Shown here piece by piece: positions 9,804 to 19,621 of a stretch of 64,000 nucleotides of DNA. The notes below the pieces were generated by a model. The model saw only the letters and a program-made list of their open reading frames with translations. It was not told where the DNA came from and did not search any database. The number at the start of each line of letters is the position of its first letter. The first letter of the stretch is position 1. Where the stretch lies: the NCBI GenBank assembly GCA_040220235.1, contig JAVJTO010000088.1, one strand, 5' to 3'. This DNA comes from Coleofasciculus sp. B1-GNL1-01 (GTDB lineage Bacteria > Cyanobacteriota > Cyanobacteriia > Cyanobacteriales > Coleofasciculaceae). The position numbers and the translations under genes are program-made.

Positions 9804-12800
9804 TTACGGGACAATCGCGTCATTCGGTGCAGGACAACTCGGAGTTTGCCAGGAACTATACAGCGTCGGATTCGGGACTTCCGCCACCAATTCTACCTCT
9901 CCATTTTCCTTAATAATCCATCCTTGCGCCTCAATAATTTGAGTTGATTTCCTCTCCGGCTGCGGATTATTTCCCCCTGAATTCACCCGATTTTCCGTCG
10001 AACCTATCGGATCACGAAAATCAACCCAACCCTGATTATAACCACCATTATTTATTGGATTGGGCGGTAAACCCCCGCGCCCGGAAATAATAAATTCACT
10101 GCTTCCACGCCGTTGACCGACTTGACATCGCGCTTCAATTGGGTCTACAGGTTGTAACTGGGGTAACGGTTCAAGTTGAGGTTGAGTTTCCGTATTAATG
10201 TCTACCGTTCCATCAATTCCCAATTCAGAACTCGCCGTGAAATCACTCTCTGGAGTGCGGCGGTCTTCAAATTGGCGAAACCCTTCAATTAGTAAAGCCG
10301 TCGCTGAAATATTTCCACCTTGACCCGAAAATGCATTAGCTACAACATCACTATTTTCCGAGAGAATTGCCCAAACAATTCCCCCAGCATTAATCGTAAT
10401 ATTGCCTCCATTCGCCGTACCAAACGCTTCCGCCGCAATTTCACTATTGAAGCGCATAATAATAGAATCGGTCACATCTAAACGAATATTCCCCCCTTGA
10501 CTAGCCATCGTTGTTGCCCGTAGGCGTCCTTGATTGGTTAAAAAGATAGAATCCGCCGTAATTTCCAAATCCCCAGACGTGCCAGCACCACTCCCACTCA
10601 CGGTTAATTGTCCCCCATTTTCCACGGTTAAACGACCCGTATTCAGCGTGATTCCTCTGGCATTCGCAAAACTTCGAGACTCAAAAAATAAGCCACTTCC
10701 TGAACCGTTAACGTCTACGGATTCTGAAGCGTTCACCTCTATAATTCCGCCCTGTCCAGAGTCAAAAGTTGTGGCGGATATTTGTCCACCGCCTTGAAGA
10801 ACTAACCGTTCTGTGTCAATCTTCAATTCTCCCGCATTACCGGAACCCGACGAATCAAAGACTAAAAGGCTAGGGGTTTGACCATTCGGTGATGTACCAA
10901 TAACTTCTACAGATTCAGACGCATTTACAGTTAATTTTCCGGCTTCCCCAGTATTCGCCGTTGTCGCTGACACCAATCCGCCATCTTGTACAATTAACCG
11001 ACTTGTATCAATAGTTAATTCTCCTGCATTTCCCCCAGTTTCTGAGGCTAAGGAATCAAACAATAAGCGACTAGGAGTAGTTCCATCCGGGGCTGTACCA
11101 ATAACTTCCACCGATTCAGACGCATTCACGGTTAATTTTCCCGCTTCACCAGTATTCGCCGTTGTCGCGGAAACCAATCCGCCATCTTTAACAATTAACT
11201 GACTTGTATCAATCGTTAATTCTCCTGCATTTCCTCCCGTTTCAGAAGCCGACGAATCAAATAATAAGCTACTAACAATTTGACCATTTGCAGAACTTCC
11301 AATTACTTGAACAGAATCAGCATTTACCTCCAACGTTCCAGCTTGACCTTGATCAGTAGTTTTTGCTGATACCAGTCCTCCATCCCGAACCAGCAACTGT
11401 CCAGTGGTAATGGTTAAATCTCCAGCATTACCTTCATCAGACGTATCAAAAGATACGCGACTTTGAATACCTGCCTCTGAAGTACCGATTACTTCCACTG
11501 AATCCGTAGCATTCACGTTCAAATTCCCGGCTCGACCTGAACTAAAAGTGCTAGATGATATTAATCCCCCATCTTGTACCAGCAATCGCCTGGTATTAAT
11601 CACCAAATCCCCACCATTACCAGAACCACCAGTTATTGCCTGTACTTTGCTACCATTCCCGCTAACTCTTGATGTTCCAATTAATTCCACCGACTCAAGG
11701 GCGTTGATAATCAATTTTCCTCCCTGACCTTCACGTTCAGTACCTGTTGATATTGATCCGCCATCTTGAACAATCAATCGCCCTGTTTCAATATTCAAGT
11801 CTCCTGCATTTCCAGAACCGCGAGAAAATGTAAACAAACCTCCAGGTGTTCCATTAGGTCTTGTGCCAATTAATTCCACTGAATCGGAGGCTTTGATTGT
11901 GACATTTCCACCCGCTCCACTACTGGTATTTTCAGGAGCCGCAGCAATCTCCGCCCCATCCCGGATAATCAATCGCCTGGTTTCAACGAAAATATCTCCG
12001 CCATCCCCATCAAGCAAACTCTGACTATAAATACCACTGGGACTCGGACGAGGATCTTCTATGTCTGGTGTACCCGACAATTCTATAAATTCAGACGCAT
12101 TAACTCTCAATGTTCCTGACTGCGCTGTACCACACCGACTAACTGCTCCGCTTCCACAATTAGTCGTTGATAGTATCCCACCATCTCGCAGAATCAACTG
12201 TCTAGTATTTACGGTCAAATCTCCAGCATCACCATCTCCCAAAGTCCTAGCTTGCAAACTGGTATTTATCGGCTGATCACTACCTGGGAGTATACCTAAA
12301 CCAATTACTTCCACAGATTCGCTGGCATTAATTGTCAGATCACCGCCTTGACCTGAATCCTCTCCCTCTCTTTGAGTAACCGTAAAAATTCTAGCTCCAT
12401 CCATCAGAGAAAGTGACCTAGTATTAATCTCAATATCACCGCCTTTACCTTGACCCTGAGTAACGCTACGAATTAAACTATTTACACTAGGGAGAACGAT
12501 TTCTTCTTGAGCCGTCACAGTAATATTGCCGCCGACACCAAACCCTAAACCATTATCAGGTCGAACCGAAGAATCAACATTGTCTGTAAAAGTAATATTT
12601 TGACCAGAAATAATCCGAATTTCACCGCCATTTCCGGAAACGCTGCTGGTATCAATCTGACCGACTTCTATATTGCCTCTGGAGTCAATAAAAATAGAGC
12701 CACTGTTCCCAAAAAAACCGCCATTAACATCATCGGTAAAAATCCAGGGTACAGTAATACTCCCCCCCGACAAGGAAAGATTGGGGCGATACTGATTCGT

Positions 12801-14117
12801 TAAAAGCAGCAATCCATCCGCCGCCTGAATATCGATAAAACCATCAATTCTAATATCTGCACTCGTTCCTGTACCTACAGCGTCAATCGTCGGCGCTGGA
12901 TCGAAGTCGCCAAAGGGATTAAAATTATCAAGTGGTGCAGCATTAGGCGTGCCAAAATCAGTCGTACCCGCACGGATATCTAAAGTGGGTCTTATCGAGC
13001 CATTAATCGTGATTTCTGTCCCATCCGATAAGACGATAATATCCCCATTAATCGCATCAGCATTTGCCTCGACACCTTCTATAGCAACATCCCCGGAAAT
13101 CGTGACACTTCCCCCAGCCAAAATATGTAAAGAAGGACCTGTGTAGCTATTAAAACTCACATCTCCCCTAGCCCGAATCACTGGGTCATAAGGACTTGAC
13201 AAATTCCCTAAACTACTATCTAACTGCTCAATCTGAAAATTTCCACCACTCCAGAAGTGAGCATCCGCACTCACGGTATTACTAGAACGCAACACCATAT
13301 CCCCACCGGAAAATAACCCACTATCGGGATGATTCAAGGCAAAAATATCAACCGTTTGATTCCCCTGTACCAAAAGTTGACCCATAGCTGAAGCAATAAA
13401 CGGACTCGCCACACTATCGCGCACCTTCAGCGTATCCGTCGCCAATAGAGTCAAATTCCCCCCAGCTTGTACCTGATTCTCTAGGTCAAGAGTTCGACCC
13501 GCCAGAATCAAATCCCCTCCTACCGCTAAACGACCAGAACTTGCGATCGCGCCTTGATAATTCGACCCATATTGCAATCCCGGCGTCAGGTTAATCGTCA
13601 GTAATGGCGGCGCTTGGGGGTTCGTCGCACTAAACGCTGTACCATTCTCAAACACCCACTCCTGTGCCGTAGACGCCACAAACGCCCCCTGAACATCCAA
13701 CTGGGCATTTTTACCAAACACAATCCCATTCGGATTAATCAGAAACAAATTTGCCCCACCATTGACCCCCAGAGTTCCCAAAATATCCGACATATCCGTA
13801 CCCGTCACCCGGCTGAGAATATTGTCAATTCCCGTCGGATTAGCGAAATAAACCCGTTGTCCCGCGCCGACATTAAACTCCGAGAAACTGTGGAACAGAT
13901 TGGTTCCTCGAATCGCCCCCCCATCAATTTGATCCGCCGAGAAACCCTGAATGATCACATCCGGCGTCACCACAGAACCTTCTACCCCTAGAGTAGAATC
14001 CGGAATAACTTGGGCAACGGTAGGAGTTGTCCAATGGGATAGAAGCCACGCGATCGCCACTCCTGCTGTGACACAAATTCCCCGACATGATTGACTTTGC
14101 CTGCATCTCACCATCAC
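9804..14117 (-). CDS. TpsA/filamentous-haemagglutinin family exoprotein
   Basis: NLFHSFSEF, NILSRVTG, LINPNGI secretion domain; GG-rich beta-helix repeats including a 201-bp internal duplication; GRGGLPPNP...EAQGW C-terminus. Confidence 0.92.
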   Translation of the reverse strand: MMVRCRQSQSCRGICVTAGVAIAWLLSHWTTPTVAQVIPDSTLGVEGSVVTPDVIIQGFSADQIDGGAIRGTNLFHSFSEFNVGAGQRVYFANPTGIDNILSRVTGTDMSDILGTLGVNGGANLFLINPNGIVFGKNAQLDVQGAFVASTAQEWVFENGTAFSATNPQAPPLLTINLTPGLQYGSNYQGAIASSGRLAVGGDLILAGRTLDLENQVQAGGNLTLLATDTLKVRDSVASPFIASAMGQLLVQGNQTVDIFALNHPDSGLFSGGDMVLRSSNTVSADAHFWSGGNFQIEQLDSSLGNLSSPYDPVIRARGDVSFNSYTGPSLHILAGGSVTISGDVAIEGVEANADAINGDIIVLSDGTEITINGSIRPTLDIRAGTTDFGTPNAAPLDNFNPFGDFDPAPTIDAVGTGTSADIRIDGFIDIQAADGLLLLTNQYRPNLSLSGGSITVPWIFTDDVNGGFFGNSGSIFIDSRGNIEVGQIDTSSVSGNGGEIRIISGQNITFTDNVDSSVRPDNGLGFGVGGNITVTAQEEIVLPSVNSLIRSVTQGQGKGGDIEINTRSLSLMDGARIFTVTQREGEDSGQGGDLTINASESVEVIGLGILPGSDQPINTSLQARTLGDGDAGDLTVNTRQLILRDGGILSTTNCGSGAVSRCGTAQSGTLRVNASEFIELSGTPDIEDPRPSPSGIYSQSLLDGDGGDIFVETRRLIIRDGAEIAAAPENTSSGAGGNVTIKASDSVELIGTRPNGTPGGLFTFSRGSGNAGDLNIETGRLIVQDGGSISTGTEREGQGGKLIINALESVELIGTSRVSGNGSKVQAITGGSGNGGDLVINTRRLLVQDGGLISSSTFSSGRAGNLNVNATDSVEVIGTSEAGIQSRVSFDTSDEGNAGDLTITTGQLLVRDGGLVSAKTTDQGQAGTLEVNADSVQVIGSSANGQIVSSLLFDSSASETGGNAGELTIDTSQLIVKDGGLVSATTANTGEAGKLTVNASESVEVIGTAPDGTTPSRLLFDSLASETGGNAGELTIDTSRLIVQDGGLVSATTANTGEAGKLTVNASESVEVIGTSPNGQTPSLLVFDSSGSGNAGELKIDTERLVLQGGGQISATTFDSGQGGIIEVNASESVDVNGSGSGLFFESRSFANARGITLNTGRLTVENGGQLTVSGSGAGTSGDLEITADSIFLTNQGRLRATTMASQGGNIRLDVTDSIIMRFNSEIAAEAFGTANGGNITINAGGIVWAILSENSDVVANAFSGQGGNISATALLIEGFRQFEDRRTPESDFTASSELGIDGTVDINTETQPQLEPLPQLQPVDPIEARCQVGQRRGSSEFIISGRGGLPPNPINNGGYNQGWVDFRDPIGSTENRVNSGGNNPQPERKSTQIIEAQGWIIKENGEVELVAEVPNPTLYSSWQTPSCPAPNDAIVP

Positions 14118-14483
14118 ACCCTGTCTCCGACTCCGTATTTCTACTTACTTAAAATTAAGCCAGATATAGAAATGCGATCGCTACCGTAGAATTACGGAAA
14201 TTTGGCGCTTATGACAGGCTTCAACCCGTCAATATCTGATCACCACTTACCGCGAACACTGGGTTCACAGAACCTGATTCATAAATTATTTGTAACACAA
14301 ACGACAGCCTTTAATCATCGAAACGTAAACTTCTATGTCATTTACTTGTGCTTTCCTGCAAAGGTGATTACATTAGAAATTGAAGCCTAAAGGCTTACTA
14401 ATGACAGAAGTTGAACTGACAAAATCAAATTAGGAGGTATAAAACCGACTGATAAATTTCATTTCTATTTCCTCATTGAAAAG

Positions 14484-14633
14484 TAACAGCAACACTCAAC
14501 AAATTGCTGAGATTTCCTAAAATTGTAAACTAGGGAGATTAAGCACTCAAAACTAAATTTTTAGTGCAACTCCAGATAGAATTAACTTAAACAGGAAATC
14601 ATTCAAGCAAGCTAGTTTTGAGAATTGCTGTTA
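14484..14633 (+). mobile_element. MITE family M5 (about 150 bp)
   Basis: TAACAGCAACACTCAA / TTGAGAATTGCTGTTA inverted ends; interior aligns with the reverse complement of 53766-53914. Confidence 0.75.
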
Positions 14634-14753
14634 CTTTATCGTTTGTCATTCATCATTCGTAATTCGTCATTTGTCGTACTCGCTTCTCTTCACGCAAGCG
14701 CAGTTTTAAACCCAGACTTAACGATAAAATTATAGAACTCTTCTTTTCCAGAC

Positions 14754-14783
14754 TGTAAAGACGTTGCAGGCAACGTCTCTACA
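14754..14783. repeat. REP-like family B palindrome
   Basis: TGTAAAGACGTTGCAGGCAACGTCTCTACA, 3 bp past the stop of the 14787 gene. Confidence 0.85.
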
Positions 14784-14786
14784 AGG

Positions 14787-15875
14787 CTATTCTGGCTCTT
14801 GAAACACATCACAGGAGAACATCTCCGTTAATGTCCGCAGATAGGGTAAAAAGGTTGCCATATTTTCGGGAGGTAGGCGATTGTACATTTCCCAACCAAT
14901 CGCTTTGAGCATATCTTGCACTAAACGCCAGCCCACACGCAGACGCGGATAAAGCATAACGCACAGGGGAAACAATTCTCGCTGCACTGCCCGAATGTCA
15001 TCTTCTAAGACACACAGACACAGATACACCTGAAACATTTCCACGTCGCGGATACTGGCAATTCTCACGGTTTTGCTAATCAACGAACCACTGTAGGTTT
15101 CGTAATTAGGATTCTGACGACAAACTTGTTGGCAAACGGAAATAGCCAGTTTCGTACTGATGGGTAACAGATTTTGTACCGCTAATAGCGCCGGGGAATT
15201 GTAGGGATGGTTCGCCGCCGCATCATACGCCGCTTGTAGGGGCATGTACATGTGGTCATCCATTACCTTTAAATAGGGAAGCCACAGCTTTTGTTCCGCT
15301 GGGGAGAGCCACTCCAGTAGCTTTTGACCCGTATAGTGGAATTGCATACTGACAAACCCGATCGCACGGCGGTCAACGCTAGTATATTTTTGGCGCACTT
15401 GACCAAAATCTTTGCCGACAATCACCGATAAACGTCGGGGTGTTGCGCGTTCAGCATAAGCATTCGCTGTCTTTTGAAACAGATAACGGGTATCAGCCGC
15501 AATTTCTAAGGGATTGACTAATTCAGGATTAATACCATGACGCCGAATTTCCTCCGATAGCAGCGTTTCGGTCAATGACCAGGCTTGGGCGCTGGCAAAG
15601 TTGAGCTTTTGCATCATTTTCTCTGCCGTGCTTTTTCTGGCTTCCAGTGAGGCAGTTTCCTTGAGATCCGCCGCCGCTAAACTGGATACTGACTCATCTT
15701 GGTCTTGGTTGGTAACAGCCGTATAGTATTTCCTCGCCCAAAGCACCGCCAAGGAATGAACTTTGGATGTTGACGAGTCGGACTTTGACGAGTTGGGTGG
15801 TTTGCCACCAGTAGAACGCTGACGCTGTGTCGGCTGGGACACGGAACGTTCTGTGGATGGGATGGAATAGGTCAT
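14787..15875 (-). CDS. Hypothetical protein with a C-terminal phycobiliprotein/globin-like domain
   Basis: Long ORF (start taken at MTYSIP); C-terminal ~125 aa aligns by eye with the allophycocyanin core. Confidence 0.6.
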   Translation of the reverse strand: MTYSIPSTERSVSQPTQRQRSTGGKPPNSSKSDSSTSKVHSLAVLWARKYYTAVTNQDQDESVSSLAAADLKETASLEARKSTAEKMMQKLNFASAQAWSLTETLLSEEIRRHGINPELVNPLEIAADTRYLFQKTANAYAERATPRRLSVIVGKDFGQVRQKYTSVDRRAIGFVSMQFHYTGQKLLEWLSPAEQKLWLPYLKVMDDHMYMPLQAAYDAAANHPYNSPALLAVQNLLPISTKLAISVCQQVCRQNPNYETYSGSLISKTVRIASIRDVEMFQVYLCLCVLEDDIRAVQRELFPLCVMLYPRLRVGWRLVQDMLKAIGWEMYNRLPPENMATFLPYLRTLTEMFSCDVFQEPE

Positions 15876-16334
15876 GGTAAAAATCCCGTTACACTCTAAT
15901 TTCCCTTCAATGGAGAGGATACAAAAAACCAATTTGTCTCACCTGTTGTCAGGTGAGAGTCAATCAGCACTAATTATGTATCCTCTCGGCGTTAAAAAAA
16001 GTCAGATGTTATATAGAAACTTTAAAAGAGCAGAGTCTGCGTCTGAACCCTTCTCCCAGACAAGCAGGGGACAAGCATTGCTGTAACGACTCTGCTCAAA
16101 AATCGCTTCTGTCATATTTTTGCTATTTTTATCATTCATAATACAGGACTATCACAATTATTAAAAGAAATGAACCATTCTCATTTAGTTTTCATCCAAC
16201 GGGTGAGACTGGCAGGGGATTAACCCCTCAATCGCATTCCCGGAAAGGGTTAATGGTTAATTGGGTGGGGGAGGCATAATTCTCAGATAAGTCTGCCGAG
16301 GGCGATTAAAGTGACTGGGATCACATCTTCTATG

Positions 16335-17258
16335 TTACCGCGCCCACTGATGTAAAAGATAGGAGTAGTATTGTGTCTTATCGACGGTATCCAGCACCCG
16401 AATCCGTTTTCCTCCCGCCTCAACCTGGATACGACCTTGACTGGAACCCTGCGGAATCACGGTGGTTTCCCAATCTTGCCAGGTAAAGAACTCGGGATGG
16501 GCGAGATAGGTGGTGGCGAGAACATCCCAGAAATAATAGTCTTGGGGAATCACTAAGGCGTAACATTGACCCGCCAAATCGGAAATGGGATGGTGACGCT
16601 GTTTCCCCAATTTGTAAACAAACTCAGAGGTAACCGGGACGGTATTGGTGAGGTCAAGAGGACAAAGGACAATAGGAATCTGAGTTTGCCAAATCTGATG
16701 GACGGCGAGGGAGTCCCAGTAGGCGTTCCACTCGGCTGAACCATCTTGTCCAGGTTCCAGGCTTTTTTCTACATTACCAGAAACGTGAATCGCCCCCCCC
16801 ATCCAGACGATTTTCTCAATGTTGGCTTCGATATCCGGGGCGAGGTTAAGGGCGGTGGCGACAGTGGTGAGAGGTCCTGTCACCATCAGGGTAACAGGTT
16901 GGTCAGCCGTTTGCAGCGATCGCACAATAAACTCTTGACCCGTTTCCTTCAGCAAGGGGGTTTGGATAGTGTCATTCTGGTTAAGAATTGGCAGATGATC
17001 CACAATAAACGCATCCCGGCGGTAAAGGGGAGGAAAGGGATTAATCCCGCGTACCGTACTTTCAGCAACGGGGATATGAGAACATCCGATTAGGTCTAAA
17101 ATTTTGCGCGTGGCGCTAACAGCAGGTTGAATATAGCAATCAGCCGGGGTGACAACGATACCCAAAGGTTGGATGTGATCCATTGTCATCAGCAAGACGG
17201 TTGCCAAGTAATCATCGACACCGCCATCATGATCCATGAGGACGAGAGGTTTGGACAC
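16335..17258 (-). CDS. Nucleoside hydrolase (IUNH family)
   Basis: DHDGGVDD, TGPLT, WMGG, AEWN, YYFWD motifs; GTG start inferred. Confidence 0.92.
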   Translation of the reverse strand: MSKPLVLMDHDGGVDDYLATVLLMTMDHIQPLGIVVTPADCYIQPAVSATRKILDLIGCSHIPVAESTVRGINPFPPLYRRDAFIVDHLPILNQNDTIQTPLLKETGQEFIVRSLQTADQPVTLMVTGPLTTVATALNLAPDIEANIEKIVWMGGAIHVSGNVEKSLEPGQDGSAEWNAYWDSLAVHQIWQTQIPIVLCPLDLTNTVPVTSEFVYKLGKQRHHPISDLAGQCYALVIPQDYYFWDVLATTYLAHPEFFTWQDWETTVIPQGSSQGRIQVEAGGKRIRVLDTVDKTQYYSYLLHQWAR

Positions 17259-17318
17259 GAGGAGAAATTTTCCGCGAGCATACACTTGATTATTATCTCT
17301 CAATTCTCATCCCTGACC

Positions 17319-17351
17319 AGAGCCCCGACTTCTTGAAGAAGTCGGGGTTCT
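17319..17351. repeat. Hairpin CCCCGACTTCT-N-AGAAGTCGGGG
   Basis: Strong inverted repeat in a divergent intergenic region. Confidence 0.75.
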
Positions 17352-17360
17352 AAATTGTCC

Positions 17361-17387
17361 GACTTATGTGTGACTTATATCTGACTT
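17361..17387 (+). promoter_or_regulatory. Three GACTT direct repeats with 11-bp period, candidate operator
   Basis: GACTT at 17361, 17372 and 17383, upstream of the HTH-AAA_35 gene. Confidence 0.45.
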
Positions 17388-17446
17388 GGCGGGATCAGAG
17401 GGATGAGAAGACTATGATCACAGCAGGGTGATTCAAGTGTTTAATC

Positions 17447-18715
17447 ATGTCGCGATCGCTAAAAGTTGCTCCCCAGTATATCGAAATAGTCAAAGCTGCA
17501 CTACCGCGAAATCGTTTTGCGAGTCAGCGAAACTTAGCCGAGAGTGTACAGCTTTCTCTCTCCACCGTCTCCAATTTCCTCAATGGTAAACCTGTGGACT
17601 ATTTGAATTTTTATGAACTTTGCCATAAGTTGGGGCTGAATTTAGAGGAAATCGCTGATTTTTCTGTCGCGGATAAGAACTCATCTTTAGCAATAGAGGT
17701 AGATGAAGAACAGACGGGTACTGAACCTGAAGTCTCTACCTATATCCTGCGTCCCCCCAGCGAATCGCGTTGCTATGAAACAATCGTCAAGCCCGGTTCC
17801 CTACTGCGACTTAAAGCCCCAAAGCGGATGGGAAAAACGTTGCTGATTGATAAGATTCTCGAAAAAGCAGTTAAAGAAAATTATCGCACCGTTCGCTTAA
17901 ACTTACTCCACGCCGATCAAGCTGTTTTGCGCGGACTGGATGAATTTTTGCGCTGGTTCTGTACGTTTGTTAGTCGGCGGTTAAAGTTACCGACTCAACT
18001 GGCGGAGTATTGGGAAGAAGGGTTAGGAAGTTCTCAAAATTGTACGATTTATTTTGAAGATCATCTGTTATCTCAATTAGACCAGCCCTTAGTCTTAGCG
18101 TTAGATGACGTTGATCGAATTTTTCCCTATCCCAAAATTGCCCAAGACTTTTTTGGTATGCTGCGAGTTTGGCATGAGGAAGCAAAAACCAGCCGACTGT
18201 GGCAGAAATTGCGGTTAGTGATTTCCTATTCTACCGATGTTTATATTCAGCTTAATACGAATCGTTCACCGTTTAATGTTGGTGTGCCAATTGAATTGCC
18301 AGAATTTACATCCGAACAAATGCACGAGTTAGCCCAAAAACAAGGATTAAATTTGGATAATTCCCAGGTGACTCAGTTAATAGAGATGGTAGGAGGACAT
18401 CCGCATCTGATCCAGCTTGCCATTTATTCCCTGACTCGTGAGGATATTACGTTTGAACAACTCTTGCAAACGGCTGCTACCGAATCAGGAATTTACAGCA
18501 ATCATTTACGGGGACAGTTATGGAATTTACAACAGTATCCTGAGTTAGCCGCAGCAATGAAAACGGTAGTTGAGGCAAATTGTCCTATACCATTGGAATC
18601 GATACTGGCGTTTAAGTTACAAAGCTTAGGTTTAATACAATTAAAAAATAATGCTGTAAAGCCGCGTTGTCTATTATATTCCCAGTATTTTTCCCAGAAG
18701 TATTACCCCCTTTGA
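17447..18715 (+). CDS. XRE-like HTH-AAA_35 ATPase
   Basis: SQRNLAESVQLSLSTVSNFLNGKPV HTH; APKRMGKT; LALDDVD; SPFNVG. Confidence 0.9.
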   Translation: MSRSLKVAPQYIEIVKAALPRNRFASQRNLAESVQLSLSTVSNFLNGKPVDYLNFYELCHKLGLNLEEIADFSVADKNSSLAIEVDEEQTGTEPEVSTYILRPPSESRCYETIVKPGSLLRLKAPKRMGKTLLIDKILEKAVKENYRTVRLNLLHADQAVLRGLDEFLRWFCTFVSRRLKLPTQLAEYWEEGLGSSQNCTIYFEDHLLSQLDQPLVLALDDVDRIFPYPKIAQDFFGMLRVWHEEAKTSRLWQKLRLVISYSTDVYIQLNTNRSPFNVGVPIELPEFTSEQMHELAQKQGLNLDNSQVTQLIEMVGGHPHLIQLAIYSLTREDITFEQLLQTAATESGIYSNHLRGQLWNLQQYPELAAAMKTVVEANCPIPLESILAFKLQSLGLIQLKNNAVKPRCLLYSQYFSQKYYPL

Positions 18716-18716
18716 C

Positions 18717-18790
18717 TACGGCGATTGAAATCGCTGCTACACCAATGTATGCGAAGCCTTCCCGAAGGGTAGTCCGCCTGCGCGGACTGG
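18717..18790 (+). repeat. Double-hairpin repeat with a probable nested SDR-like insert
   Basis: GCGATTGAAATCGC and GTCCGCCTGCGCGGAC hairpins separated by GCGAAGCCTTCCCGAAGGGTA. Confidence 0.6.
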
Positions 18791-18913
18791 GTTATCACGG
18801 GGGTAGCTAACCCAGATTTTGTATTACCCCAAAAAAGGGTTTACCTATTGCATCATTACAAAATCAGTTGGCTTCTAGTTCACCCGAAAATGCTGATTAC
18901 AGGAGGTAAGCTT

Positions 18914-19537
18914 ATGGTTGAAACCATCGCCGCTCAGAAAATTAATCTCGATGATTTAATCGAAAAATTTGGTTTAGAACGTATCGATGATCTGCAATTC
19001 TTCCCTGAATGGCAATATGACTTACCTGAACTCACGGATTCAGAACGGCAAGCCTTAGATGAAGTTAAAGCAGACTATCTTCACTTATCTCGATATACCA
19101 TCCTTGAAGCCATCGTTAAACTTGTGGTGTTGTCACCCTTGTTAAAACTAGCAGGATTTTATCGTCCACCATTTTATCTCACGGCTGAGAAGGAGGTAGA
19201 AATTGTCTCAGAGGATGAGGAACTGATCATTAAAGGGCGTCTTGACCTTTTGATTTTTACGCCTGAGTTTTGGATACTGGTGATTGAGGCAAAAGGGGCA
19301 AAATATTCCTTAGATGCTGGGATACCTCAAGCTTTAACTTATATGCTGGGTCATCCTAATTCTGAGGAACCTGCATTAGGATTGGTTACAAATGGTATGG
19401 ATTTTATTTTTCTCAAGCTGATTAAACAGGATAGACCAAGATATGCTGAGTCCTATCCATTTTCCCTCAGACGCGGAGATGACATTTATACTGTACTGAG
19501 GATTTTAAAACGGTTTAGTCAATTACTCAGTCAATAG
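18914..19537 (+). CDS. Type I restriction R N-terminal-like (HSDR_N) PD-(D/E)XK protein
   Basis: GRLDLL...LVIEAK, QALTYM, GLVTNG; AGGAGG RBS. Confidence 0.85.
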   Translation: MVETIAAQKINLDDLIEKFGLERIDDLQFFPEWQYDLPELTDSERQALDEVKADYLHLSRYTILEAIVKLVVLSPLLKLAGFYRPPFYLTAEKEVEIVSEDEELIIKGRLDLLIFTPEFWILVIEAKGAKYSLDAGIPQALTYMLGHPNSEEPALGLVTNGMDFIFLKLIKQDRPRYAESYPFSLRRGDDIYTVLRILKRFSQLLSQ

Positions 19538-19621
19538 AACTTGTTTCCTACTAATCCAAAAATAAATATAGTGTCCGCTGCTACGAAGGACAAATGACTA
19601 ATGACAAAGGACAAAGGATCA

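Noticed and set aside
9675..9947. 90-aa ORF as an intact VapC
   Set aside because: Only the first nine codons are PIN-like; the rest runs through a hairpin repeat and antisense tpsA
10895..11270. 201-bp internal duplication in tpsA
   Set aside because: Ordinary beta-helix repeat expansion for this family
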